Positions 22,330 to 35,855 of a stretch of 64,000 nt of DNA are shown one piece after another (the stretch's first letter is position 1; every line of letters starts with the position of its first letter). The position numbers were made by a program, and so were the translations under genes. The notes under the pieces are model-generated. The model had not been told where the DNA came from. It searched no databases and saw only the letters and a program-made list of their open reading frames with translations. Source of the DNA: Eledone cirrhosa (taxonomy: Eukaryota); assembly GCA_964016885.1 (NCBI GenBank), contig OZ024743.1, positions 352,284,001 to 352,348,000 of the forward strand. The letters are read 5' to 3'.

Positions 22330-25170
22330 ATTTTACAAGGATTTTCTACAAACAGCATGGCTGAACACATCAACAAAAAAATAAGGAAGTATCGAAGACA
22401 AATAACAAAGAAGGTAATCAAACTGTATTCAGTTGTAGCTACAGAAGAAACCGAAATTATAAAACGCATTTCTCTTGGAGTTGCGAACTTAATAATGATT
22501 TATTTAATTGTTATAAAATGGCAAAAAACAATCCCTCCATTGGCTATATGAATAGAATGAAGCTACACTGGGACGAAATGCACCCAGAGCTAAATTATTT
22601 CACAGCGAAACAATTACGCCAACAAGCGACGTTTGTTGAACGTAAAAATAAGATAAATATTATTAATCGTAAATCCCCCACAACAAACATGGAATCAACA
22701 ACATATGCTACAGATCACCATGCTACTAGACTCCCTAGCAGCCAGGTCGAACAGCGCCTTGAAACACCTATGCCTGTAAGAAACTTGACACCACCTGTAC
22801 CATCTAAGTCTACTTCGAATTCTGGGGAAAACACTATCGATAATAATAATTATCGAAGAAATAATAATAATAATCGAATAAATGTGACACCACGTATACC
22901 ATCCGAGTCTACCTCGACTGTTGTGGAAAATACTATCGATAATGATAATCAAAAGTATAAACAATTGAAAATTTCCCTCAACGAAATCTTCCAGAGAGAA
23001 ATTAACTCATGTATAAATATCTCTCTTGCTGAACGTGTTAAAATGACAATGGTGAATAAAAACCAAATAATTGTTTCTACTTTAGGCACAAGGCCAGCAA
23101 ATTACCCAGTGCATTACTGGTACTTTATTTTATCGACCCCGTAAGGATGAAAGGCAAAGTCAACCTCGGCGGGAATAAAAACCAAATAATGAAATACTAC
23201 GTGTTATTGACGAAATAGGGGATGAATATTTACGACGGATAAAAACCCCAACATTTTGGCAAATCAACGCCTGTTTATATGCCTTAGCAATGACAGTGAA
23301 GCATTATCTTGGTGATAGCAGAGATATTAACAAGAACAAAACACCACCAAAAATACCATCATATATAACTAAAATAAAAAAAGAGTGCTGACCTACGAAA
23401 AAACATAGGACATGTATGTGACAATGCTCCTTACATGCAAACAAACACAAAAAACCTCACTCCTCACCAACAAAGAGTGAAAAATAAAATAGAGACGATG
23501 TTTGGTAACAGTAGAACCAGAACTCTCCAATATAGGCTGATCACCCTCAAAGAAGAATTGAGAGCTGTTAGCGAAAAACGCTGATACCTGAAGAAGGTAG
23601 ATGAGAGGAAAATGCTTAATAAAAGATTCAGACGAAACCAAACATCAGTCTATAGAGATATGAAAGGCAAAATAATAAGTGTCGCTGAGAAAGAAAGACA
23701 TAGATTCCAAGAAAGACATAGATTCCTTTTGGAGAAAAATATGGGGTGAAAAGAAGAATTTCAACCAAGATGCAGTGTGGCTAAGAGAAATCCGAAAGAA
23801 CTATTGCTCCTACACTACAACAAAAACATACGAAATAAGTGAGGGTACCCTTGAGACTGTGATAGGAAAACTCCAAGATAAGAAAACACCAGGAAGAGAC
23901 ATGATTGTCGGCTACTGGTACAAAAAACTAATATTCTATCGGAGGTATCTTACTGACCTCTACCAACAAGTTCTTAAGGGAGATACACTTATACCAGAAT
24001 GGTTGACATTAGCACAAACGTTACTGGTCCCCAAGAACAAACACACCCACTTGGCAAAAAAACTACCGACCCATTGCATGCCAGAACCTGATGTATAAGA
24101 TGTATACAGCCTGCCTGAACCTATTCCTCCAAGATCACTGTGAAAATAATAACATCATCACAGATGAACAAGCAGCTGGAAAGAAAGGGGTTTGGGGATG
24201 TGCTGAACATCAACAAAACTGCGATGTCGGAGGTGCGACAACTTAGGAGGAATATGACAACAGTCTGGCTGGACTACAGGAAAGCTTTCGATTCTGTTCC
24301 CCACTCTTGGATGATAGAGGCCCTCCAACTTGCTAAAGTCCCAGACATTATTATCAGAGCCATAGAGAGGCTGTCTTCTTCTTGGGCTACTATCCTAAGG
24401 TTAAAGACAAAGAAGGAGGACTCTATTTTCACTGATAAAATAAAATATTGCAGGGGTATATTTCAGGGGGACAGTCTCTCTGTGATATTATTCATCTTGT
24501 CATTAAAGCCCTTGTCATTTCTGCTCAAGAAATGTGAGGGATACATCATTGGCTCACAGGAAGACATAAATACGAACCTAACCCATAATTTCTTTGTGGA
24601 CGATCTGAAACTCTTTGCCAAGAACATGGATGGGATGAAGAAAAATCTTGACCTGGTTACAACGTTCTCAAAGGATATAGGAATGGAGTTTGGCCCAGAT
24701 AAATGCTCATACATGACTGTAAAGTGGGGAAAAAAAACAACCCAATCTAGCAACATTGTCATCAGTGGTCTAACTGTTTCACCGATAACTGATGAGGACT
24801 GCTACAGATACCTGGGTATAGATGAGAACATATCCATTAAATGTATCTGTAATAAAGAACGCGTAACCAGGGAATACTACACCCGATTAAGAAAGATCTG
24901 GTCATCGGAACTCTCTGCGCAAAACAAAACAGTGGCTCACAATGTGTTTGCTGTGCCTGTCCTAACACCAACGTTTGGAATTCTCAATTGGACGATAGAT
25001 GAAATCCGAACAGTTGATGTTGGAACTCGAAAAATACTGAACAACACCGGAAACTTCCACATCAACATTGACATAGACCGCCTTTACTTGAAACGTAAGC
25101 AGAGAGGCAGAGGTCTAACATCAGTCCAGACAACATTTGAATGTCGCATCTCTCCGACATCTACGAACCT
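22330..25170 (+). mobile_element. R4/Dong-clade non-LTR retrotransposon, degenerate and 3'-truncated
   Basis: N-terminal YMNRMKLHWDEMHP...KQLRQQA. RT motifs WLDYRKAFDSVPH, GIFQGDSLS, FVDDLKLF, YRYLG and RLYLKRKQRGRGL. Several frameshifts; no C-terminal endonuclease visible. Confidence 0.8.
23072..23172 (-). mobile_element. 5'-truncated SINE inserted in the R4 element, 18-bp TSD
   Basis: Reverse complement of about 97-200. GAATAAAAACCAAATAAT is duplicated at 23054-23071 and 23173-23190. Confidence 0.9.
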
Positions 25171-25755
25171 CGAATAATATTTTGCACTAAGTTTTTGGTG
25201 GAAGAATAAGTTAATTTTATTGTATGTCTATTAAAGATTGAATAATATCTATGTGTTCTAGGGAAGCATTTGTCAAGAGCTTTAAAAAATAGTTTAGCAA
25301 TAGGGGTTTTAATATTTAATGAGAAAGGAGGAGCGAACCATAATATGTTCCTAGTTCTATTTCTTTTTTTGTTTTCGGAATTATTGTAAGGTTTTCTATT
25401 ATAGTTGATAAATTGTTAAAATAGTTAAAATTGTTAAAATAGTTAAAATTGTTAGTAATAATTTTTGCGTGTGCATGTGTTATATAATATATAGATTTTT
25501 AATAATATAGTCTTAATAATAATATATAGATTTCTTAATATATAGATCTCAATTTTTAATGTATTGATCTCAATATTTTAACTGACTAACTAAACATTTA
25601 ATCATATTTAAACAATGGTTAAATTTCTCATATTATATATGTATCTTCCATTCATGATTATTAACATTTCTAATTTTATTTATTCATTTCATCTCAAATG
25701 TCAAGATAACTCAACAAGATATGACTTAGAGTTCTCGCTCTCTCTCCTGTCTCTT

Positions 25756-25811
<56 letters not shown>

Positions 25812-25849
25812 CTCTCTGTTGTTCTGCTCTCTCTCTCTCTTTCTCTTTC

Positions 25850-26188
25850 TCCGTAACCCAACGGTTTATTTTAAAATATCCAATAATAACTTACCTAATA
25901 GTATAATTAAAGATATATCCGGGAGCTTCCAACAATAATAGTTGCATTCTTTAAGAGTATGTCAATATTTATTTATAAAACTGCTCTATATTATATTTTA
26001 TCTGATGAAAGCACACCATAATTTAACTTGGTGTCCTTGAAATATGTATAATGAAATAAATATGGTTTTATAAATATAGTTTCCATTTGTTAATATCGTA
26101 TTTTTACTCTAATTATTTGTTGAGTGCTTTATATCAGTTATAAAAATATTTGCTTGTTGTATCCCAACAATTTAAATAGAACTTTTAC
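25850..26188 (+). mobile_element. Solo pseudo-LTR of PLE family A ending in (TA)n
   Basis: Reverse complement of about 14860-15195. An inverted PLE coding scrap (NILWFAPPFSL) lies upstream at about 25200-25380. Confidence 0.8.
25994..26058 (+). ncRNA. Type I hammerhead (PLE-A type)
   Basis: TATTTTAT CTGATGA stem II GAAA TATGTA TA^ ATGAAATA, with an 8-bp stem I. Confidence 0.8.
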
Positions 26189-27118
<930 letters not shown>

Positions 27119-27120
<2 letters not shown>

Positions 27121-27229
27121 AGGAGTAAGTAAGACCCCGACGGCTGAGCTCAAGCCGTTTCGACGGCTAATTCTGAATTAGCCGTCGAAACGGCTTGAGC
27201 TCAGCCGTCGGGGTCTTACTTACTCCTAT
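27119..27229. repeat. Perfect palindrome, 55-bp arms, 1-nt spacer (PLE-B-like 3' end)
   Basis: Centre at 27174 (aattc-t-gaatt). The right arm continues to about 27310 as a diverged homolog of 17381-17485. Confidence 0.92.
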
Positions 27230-27344
27230 TACCCACTCTACTACCCTAAGTATTGAGTACTTTGGTTCGTTATGGTCCACCTCGTTCCTTACCACTTTTC
27301 CCTCGCTATGTATATATATATATATATGTATATATATAGAGAGA

Positions 27345-27617
27345 GAGATAGATAAATATACACGGGTGTGTATGATTGAGTATAGAAGATGATATTAATA
27401 AAAGGAATTCCAACTTCGTCTGATTTACTCGTTTTATTTACAATCCTTTAAAATTTATAATGGTATTAGAATGAAATAGTATGGTAGAATATTAAATGTT
27501 AAGTGTTAATTGAACAAGTACTTTCATGCTTTCGCAATCTTCAGGTTCATAATGTGTGGTGACAGTCAAGTTTGCAACTTTCAACTGTTGAAAATTGCAA
27601 ACTTGACTGTCACCACA
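27345..27617 (-). mobile_element. Partial pseudo-LTR of PLE family C with hammerhead (27511-27549), ending in a ~30-bp-arm fold-back
   Basis: Matches about 31225-31472. Palindrome gtggtgacagtcaagtttgcaa...ttgcaaacttgactgtcaccac at about 27557-27616. Confidence 0.85.
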
Positions 27618-27720
27618 ATTATGAATTAGCCGTCGAAACGGCTTGAGCTCAGCCGTCGGGGTCTTACTGGTTGCTATATATATTTACATATATATATATA
27701 TATATATATGTATTATATAC

Positions 27721-27755
<35 letters not shown>

Positions 27756-27836
27756 CATATATATATATATATGTATTATATATATATATATGTACATATA
27801 GTTAAAAGAATAGAGGTGTAACACACAAGTTATTAT

Positions 27837-28461
27837 ATATTGGTAAACGGAATAGAAAATGCTGACAAATTGTTCACAGTTGAAAAATGGTTTAATTAGG
27901 AATAAAAGAGTATTAGTGATTGTATGGGTTAGTATTCAGTTGTGGTTTAAAGTTTTTAAGTTTTTACCGGTTGCGCATTTCTAAATGCTTTTCAAAAATA
28001 ATTTTGAGATAGAGTGTCCGTGCTGTTTGCTCTGATCTGATTAGTTTTGGGACTTCTACCTGTTTTTATGTTAAAAAAATGGCTCCAGCGTTATTTTTGT
28101 GTTGCAAAAATGCTTGTGGTCAAAACAATTTTGATTGGTCGGTAGAGGACCTCTACCGACCAATCAAAATTGTTTTGACCACAAGCATTTTTGCAACACA
28201 AAAATAACGCTGGAGCCATTTTTTTAACATAAAAACAGGTAGAAGTCCCAAAACTAATCAGATCAGAGCAAACAGCACGGACACTCTATCTCAAAATTAT
28301 TTTTGAAAAGCATTTAGAAATGCGCAACCGGTAAAAACTTAAAAACTTTAAACCACAACTGAATACTAACCCATACAATCACTAATACTCTTTTATTCCT
28401 AATTAAACCATTTTTCAACTGTGAACAATTTGTCAGCATTTTCTATTCCGTTTACCAATAT
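27837..28461. repeat. Palindrome with 312-bp arms and 1-nt spacer, bounded by (TA)n
   Basis: Centre at 28149 (gtcggtagagg-a-cctctaccgac). The arm ends atattggtaaacgg and ccgtttaccaatat pair exactly. Confidence 0.93.
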
Positions 28462-28488
28462 GTACATATATATATACATATATATATT

Positions 28489-28525
<37 letters not shown>

Positions 28526-28560
28526 ATATATACATATATATATATGTACATATATATATA

Positions 28561-28631
<71 letters not shown>

Positions 28632-28799
28632 ATATATATATATATATGTGTGTATATATATATATATATGTGTATATATATATACATATATATGTGTATA
28701 TATATATATATATACATATATGTATATATATATGTATATATATATATATACATATATATATATACACACACATATATATATACACACACACACACGCAC

Positions 28800-30492
28800 T
28801 TCTTCACCCATCGGTCATTCTCCATGCGCATCACATGTCCATACCACCTCAGTCTCCTCTCCTGTACACTACATTCTATCCCTATCAGACCACAGTTTCT
28901 CTCTCAACACATTTATGCTGGGTCATTCACGCACATTTACACTGCACATCCAATGGAGCATGCTTGCTTCATTTCTCTCCAGCCGTCGCATATCCTCTGC
29001 AGTTGCTGCCCATGTCTCACTACCATGCAGCATCACGCTCCTCACACAGTCATCATACAACCGGCCTTTCGTACGCAGGGAGAACCCCTTCTTCGTCAGC
29101 AGAGGAAGCAGCTCCCTAAACTTCTTCCAACCCGTCCTTATTCTAGATACTATGGCCTCGGAACACCTTCCTCCCATGCTAATCTGATCTCCTAGGTCCC
29201 GGAAGCTATCCACCACTTCTATAGCGCCCTGCTGCATTTGAAAAATGTGTCTATCAATGCGACTTCTAGTGTCTAATTTCCCTGTACATCTACTACATAC
29301 ATATTTCTCCCTACCTGTTAGTTTGCCTGCTATCCCGCTACATCTCTTGTGTACCCAGGATCTGCATTGTGTGCATTTTATAGAATTTATGCCAGTTCCT
29401 TTTCTGCATATCGAACATGGCCATTTCCCTGACGGGATCACAGTTTTGTCCTCTTTTCTACTCATCATCACTTTTGTCTTAGCTAGGTTCACTCTCAGTC
29501 CTCTTGCTTCCAACTGCTGTTTCCATAGTCAGAATTTATTCTCTAGCTCCTCTACTGATTCTGCTATAAGAACCAGATCGTTAGCATAGAGAAGTTCCCA
29601 TGGACAACCAGTCTTAAACTCCTCTGTTATGGCTTGGAGGACTATAATGAACAAGAGCGGGCTGAGGACCGAACCTTGATGTACTCATACTTGTATCTGA
29701 AATTCCTCATTAAACTCCATTCCTACCCTGACTTTACTGAGAGTACCTCTGTACAAAGTTTGCACTGTCCTCACAAGCCATTCCTCAACACCTAGCTTCC
29801 TTAGGGTCCACCAGATGACAGATCGGGCTACCCTATCAAAGGCCTTCTCTAGGTCAACAAAGGCTAAGTATAGTGGCTTATTTTTCTCTAAGAACCTCTT
29901 TTGCAATTGTCTCACCAAGAAGAGGGCATCTGTTGTACTCTTCCCACGCACAAAACCAAACTGCATCTCATCTAGTTTGACCCTTTCTCTAATTAGTTGT
30001 GCTAATATCCTTTCTGCCACTTTCATAACCTGATCCATCAGTTTTATACCCCTATAATTGCTCCTCTCCAGAGCATCCCCTTTACCTTTGTAGCAATTTA
30101 TGAGAATACTGCTGCACCAGTCCTTGGGTATGACAACACCATATATAGCCTGATTGATGATGTGTGCAACCAGTTTAGTGCCTACGTCCCCTGATGCCTT
30201 CAGCATCTCAGCAACTATTCCCGATGGTCCAGCAGCCTTACCATTTTTCATTTCCTTAATCGCCTCTTGGACCCTATATTCGTCAATCTCAATAGCTGGT
30301 CCCTCTGTTGGATATACTAAGGGTAATTTCTCTCTCTCCCATTCGTTCTCCACATTCATCAGTCTCTCATAATGACATTTCCAGGCCTCCTTTTTCTGAT
30401 CATTTGTGACACTAAGTACACCGGCATCATCCCGGACACATTTATCTCCAACAACATCCTGATTTGCATTGACACACTGCCTTGCAATGTGG
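28800..30492 (-). mobile_element. RTE-group LINE reverse transcriptase fragment
   Basis: KGKGDALERSNYRGIKL, QFGFVRGKSTTDA, FVDLEKAFDRV, QGSVLSP, LYAND (mutated YADD), LHGSETW. Contains stops and frameshifts; flanked by microsatellites. Confidence 0.88.
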
Positions 30493-30493
30493 A

Positions 30494-30529
<36 letters not shown>

Positions 30530-31395
30530 GAATAAAGTGGCCCTTCATCAGTGATCTTCCAACCATCATCGGTATTTCTTCGCTTTAAAGACCATATACC
30601 TCCGGTTGGTGCGAACAACAGCAAAAGAAAGTCGTTGGGACATGTAAATAAAGGGAACAGCGAGAGTGTAAACAAACAAAGATGGTGAAGCAACGAAAAG
30701 TGAGGAAGAGCGAGTCAAGTCCAAAATTTCCATGAATATAAGTTCTGTGAAATCGTGAACGAGAGAGAATAAAGACCATCAAACCTGGTTGAAATGTGAG
30801 CAAGGAAGGAATTTCGCACAGGTCTAACGGGAGGAAGAAGGGGTCTAGTCTGTGAATTCGGTAAACATAAGTTCTGTGAAATCGTAGACGAGAGAGAGAA
30901 AAAATGCCAACCAGCCTGACCAAGCGTGCGAAAGAAAAGAATTACGCACAGGTCAAACGGGAAGAAGGAGGAGGAGGAGAGGTAGTAACAGAGAGTGAGT
31001 GAGTGAAGGGTGAGGAAGAGGCTAACAGATAGAGTGACTGTTAGAGAGGGTAAAGAACAGAGAAAGAGGAAGCAGTAAGAACGAAATAGACGGGTCATAG
31101 CGGGAGAAAAAAATATGTGTAAATATAAGAATAAACGTGCTGCAGAGTTGCAAATGTGTGTGTGTGTGTGTGCTTGTGTGTATGTATGCATATATATAAA
31201 TCTATATATATATATAGATATAGATAGGTAAATATACACGGGTGTGTATGATTGTGTATAGAAGATTATATTAATAAGAGGAATTCCAACTTTGTCTGAT
31301 TTACTCGTTTTATTTACAATCCTTTAAAATATATATAATATAATATGGTATTATAATGAAATAGTATGATAGAATATTAAATTCTAAGTGTTAAT

Positions 31396-31434
31396 TGAAC
31401 AAGTACTTTCATGCTTTCGCAATCTTCAGGTTCA
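31396..31434 (-). ncRNA. Minimal type I hammerhead in the PLE-C 3' pseudo-LTR
   Basis: UGAAC CUGAAGA U UGC-GAAA-GCA U GAAA GUAC UU^ GUUCA, with palindromic AGUACU stem III. Confidence 0.8.
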
Positions 31435-31808
31435 TGATATGTGGTGACAGTCGAGTTTGCAATTTTCAACTGTAATGAGATGGGTAAATTTACTACCTTT
31501 TATACATTTTATACAGAGAAAAGTGGCTCCGGAATGCAAAGCCCTGTAAACTGTATTTCGACCAATCAGTGTGTAGTTTCACTGAATTACTACAGCTGAT
31601 TGGTTTAAGCGTCACGGCTGGTTGAGCATGCTAACGACCAATAGTCATACCCAACGTATCAATTGTTTTGCTTTTTGAAATGATGAAAATAGCATTTTCT
31701 ATTAATCATCACCATCAACATCACTTTTATTTTTATTATTATTGTTGTTGTTGTTGTTGTTAGTGGTCGTGCTCATAGTGGTAGTAGAAGTAATACCCCT
31801 AGGCGTTA

Positions 31809-34800
31809 TTATTGTTCATTTAGCTTGGGTTTGAATTTATCAATAAAATTATTTTCTTTGATTTTTCTCTTGATTTCACTTGGGCTGTGTAATTTGTAGA
31901 ATGGGAATATTATAAATATTCCCTGACCACATGTTGCCAGGTGGCCGCTTAGGGGTATCTGACGGACATTTGGGTCTCTGATTTGTTGACGGTGTACCCG
32001 TGCACGTTCCGATAGTGCATTTCCAGTTTGACCGACATATAGTTCTTCACAATTCGGGCATTTAATGCAGTAAATTAGATTTCTGCTTTTGCAGTTCATA
32101 TTTGCATTTGGGAATATTTTTCCAGTTTTTGTTTTCATATATTGACCGGCGTGTATGGATTGACATGTGCCGCATCGATTATCATTGCATTTAGATACAG
32201 TGAATGATTGGTCTTTGTTGTTAAGGTCAAACTTTGCTTTTGTTAGCAATTGCTTCAAATTTTTTGGCTGTCTTTTACTAAGAGTGAAAGATCGATCTGT
32301 GATTAAGCCTTTTAATTCATTACTTTGAGAAATGATCGGTAGGTTTGCTTTGGCAGTGTTGAATATATTCTGGTGACATGGGTTGTGTGTCATTATAAAT
32401 GGTATGACCAGTTCTTGGTTTCTTCTTCCTTGGGTTGTTCTAAGTTGTTGTATAGGTATTTTTATAGCCCGCTGTATGCCATTTTCTATAAGTAGAGATG
32501 GGTATTTTTGTTTGAGCAAAAATTCTCTTAGTTCTGTTAGGCGTTTGTACCTGGTATTCGTATCTTCTACAATGGTACAAATTCTTCTGGCTAGGCAGTA
32601 TGGGATGTTGCGTTTTGTATGAGGTGGATGGCACGACTTAAAATTCAGATATTGATGGGTGTCTGTGTGTTTATAATATATATCCGTGGTAATGGTGGTG
32701 TCGTTTTTGATTATCATTATATCTAGGAATGGTAATTTGGTCCTACTCATCTCTTTTGTGAATTGGAGAGATGGGTGTAGGTTATTCAGGAGGATATTGA
32801 ACTCATCCAGAGTATCTAGAGATTCTGTCCAGATGATGAAACAGTCGTCAAGGTATCTCTTCCAAGATTTTTCAATGTACTTTCTAAAGTCAGTACTATA
32901 TTTTTCCTCTATTTCTTGGTAGAGTTGTTGTTCTCAGTATCCCATTACAGAGTTCGCGTAAACGGGAGCAAACTTCGTTCCCATCGCTGTGCCTCTAGTT
33001 TGGATGTAATTCTTTCCATTGAAGAAGAAAGTGTTGTTTTCCAGAATAAGTTTAACTGCGTCTAATATAAATGGCGCTGTGAATCTAATGGGAATCACTT
33101 CTCTGTTTTTCCACCCAGTATTTAACCGCCTTTATTCCTAAATCATGTGTAATGTTGGTGTAAAGGCTTACCACATCAAAACTGAGTAGAAGTGAATTCG
33201 TTTCCGTGGTTTTGGGAAGATGGAACAGGAAGTCGATATCATCCCGGATGAAACTGGATATGTGAATACATAGTGGTTTCAAAATAATGTCAACAAAATT
33301 GCTTAGACGGTGAGTGGGGCATGTTGGACCAGCTATAATAGGTCTAAGTTTTAAGTCTTTTGGGTGTAATAATTTAATGTACTCACTGTTTTGTTCTCTT
33401 ACTGCCAGTTGTATTTCTTTTGACTTGTGAACTTTCGGTAGGCCATACAGGTTGCTGGGTTTCGGCTCAAAATTAGTGATGTAGTCTCTTTCCTTATCAG
33501 TAAATGAGTTGTGGTATTTTGAAGCCAGGTTGTTGATCTTCTTCATGATGTTGTGGTCTATATTTGACGGTATTTCGTGATAGAATGTTGTGTCTTTCAG
33601 TTGTTCCTCAACCAAATCCTTGTAGTATTCAGTATCCATTATAACAACTGCACCCCCTTTATCTGCTTGTTTAATTATTATTGTTTTATCATTTTGTATA
33701 CGTTTAAGTGCAGACATTTCTGATTTGTTAATGTTTGGCCTAACATTAGTATTATGTCTAAGAGGAAATTTAGACAGGATGTCAATGTATTGGTCGAGAT
33801 AAATATTTCTTCCTTTTGGCGGAGTGAAATTTGATTTATTCTTTACTAGTGATTCATCACTCTCATTATTTTTATCAGCGAAGAATTCTACAAGACGTAA
33901 TTTTCGACAGAATTCTTGGGTATCCTCCTTCAGTTCTTGGTGGTTGACTGTTGGAGTCGGTGTGAATTTCAGTCCTTTTGACAGAATTTGCATTTCATCA
34001 TTGTCAAGATCTCTTTTAGATAAATTAATTATTTTAGGATCTACGTGTACAGCTGTTTTGGATATGTTTCCTCCTGGAGTTTTTCTTTTTCCGGTTTTTG
34101 TTGTCCTGACGTTAAAAAATGAATTTTTCTCTGTTCAGGATTTATATTCCTGTTGGTGTTCGCTTGATGAACTTTTGGTCGTGATATTATATTTGGTTTC
34201 GTTATGTATTTTGTCCTATTTTTGGTATTCTGTATATTATTTTTCTTCCTGTTAGCATTATTTTTAACAATCTGGGAAAATGACCTAGGTTTGCTTTCAG
34301 GTTTAGATCGTTTTTTCGTCCAGTTTCTTGTGGGCAATCTCTGTTGAGATCTTGAGAGTGATCTGGTTATTCTACGTTTTGTTTCCACATTCCTTGTTGG
34401 TAGTCTCTGTTGAGATCTTGAGAATGATCTCCTGGTTTTACTACTTCTCATGGTCTGGTCAAAGGAATACCTATCGTGTTTGTGCTTTTTGTTCATGTTG
34501 TGTGCGATAGGGTGTTTTTGTAGAAAAAGCGAAGAGTTATTACCGTAGTTCTTCTTTGATTCAAGGTAAGGTGAGTGTTTGTGTTGGCACGTGTTCTGGC
34601 GTATGTTGTGTTGATGAGATTGTCCACTTTTAATGCTTTTTCTCAGGGTTCCAGAGTCTTTACCGTAATTTGCAGCATATTCATCAAGAAATAATTGTTT
34701 CTGCTGCCATACCTTTCTTGATTTGGTTTCTTCTTTTGAGATATCTCCGATCCATAGTTCTTGTAGTTTTTCAGCTATAATACCAGTCGTTAGCTTTGAA

Positions 34801-35390
34801 ATTTCAACTTCAATTTGGTCATCAATAGCTTCATATTTGGCTTTGTAGCGGGATTGTTTACATTCAGAAATGGAGATGTCGGTCCTGAATTTTGTCAATG
34901 TAAGTTCCCATCGGAGTTTTGTTTCTTCTTCTGGTTCTCCTGCAATTTCTGTAATTAGGTATTTACGAGGGAGTATGGGTGCCGTTAGAGAGAGCCATTT
35001 CGAATGTGTTTCGACATATTTTTCGCATCTGTATGCTTTCCAGAAATTTTGTTTTCTTATGTTAAGGAATTTTTTCCATGTCTTCCACATTTCTTTTCTT
35101 ATTCGATGTGTTTTGTTTTCCAAATTTCTTTCGTTTATTTCTGACATCCAAGGGGGTTGTGGTAGGCTTTATCTTGTATCTTTGATAACTGTTGGTATAA
35201 TTTCAGCTAAATTCTTAATTTCAGATTTTATATGTTCAGTTATAAGTTTTCCGTCTGTAGATTGTTTTTCTATTTCCTTTAAAATAGACGATTGTGTGTC
35301 CATCATCGTGATAAGTGTTGATAATTTCGATGATTTCTCCTTTAGAATTCTTTCTGATTCTGTTGGTTTCATTTGTTGCTTTCCAGACAT
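31809..35390 (-). pseudogene. PLE-C polyprotein (N-terminal extension, RT, GIY-YIG), disrupted
   Basis: ORF pieces 35169-35390, 34041-35147, 33085-33993 and 31809-32750, separated by frameshifts and a TGA near 32936. Confidence 0.85.
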
Positions 35391-35605
35391 GTTGGCATAT
35401 ACACAATAGGAATATATATATATATAGATATAGATAGGTAAATATACACGGGTGTGTATGATTGTGTATAGAAGATTATATTAATAAGAGGAATTCCAAC
35501 TTTGTCTGATTTACTCGTTTTATTTACAATCCTTTAAAATATATATAATATAATATGGTATTATAATGAAATAGTATGATAGAATATTAAATTCTAAGTG
35601 TTAAT

Positions 35606-35644
35606 TGAACAAGTACTTTCATGCTTTCGCAATCTTCAGGTTCA
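35606..35644 (-). ncRNA. Minimal type I hammerhead in the PLE-C 5' pseudo-LTR
   Basis: Identical to 31396-31434. Lies about 215 nt upstream of the ATG at 35390. Confidence 0.8.
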
Positions 35645-35699
35645 TGATATGTGGTGACAGTCGAGTTTGCAATTTTCAACTGTAATGAGATGGGTAAAT

Positions 35700-35855
35700 T
35701 TACTACCTTTTATACATTTTATACAGAGAAAAGTGGCTCCGGAATGCAAAGCCCTGTAAACTGTATTTCGACCAATCAGTGTGTAGTTTCACTGAATTAC
35801 TACAGCTGATTGGTTTAAGCGTCACGGCTGGTTGAGCATGCTAACGACCAATAGT
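35700..35855 (-). promoter_or_regulatory. Putative Pol II promoter in the PLE-C pseudo-LTR
   Basis: Three CCAAT/ATTGG boxes (about 35772, 35809, 35848), then two TATAAAA on the minus strand (35708-35723), about 65 nt upstream of the hammerhead. Confidence 0.45.

Noticed and set aside
30530-31140. Half hammerhead (minus-strand CTGATGAAGGG near 30545) and ~120-130-bp duplications nearby
   Set aside because: The motif runs into (TA)n with no GAAA half. It may be a truncated pseudo-LTR but cannot be called.
32930-32945. In-frame TGA in PLE-C as selenocysteine
   Set aside because: It is not at a Cys position, the element has other frameshifts and no SECIS was recognised; a nonsense mutation is simpler.
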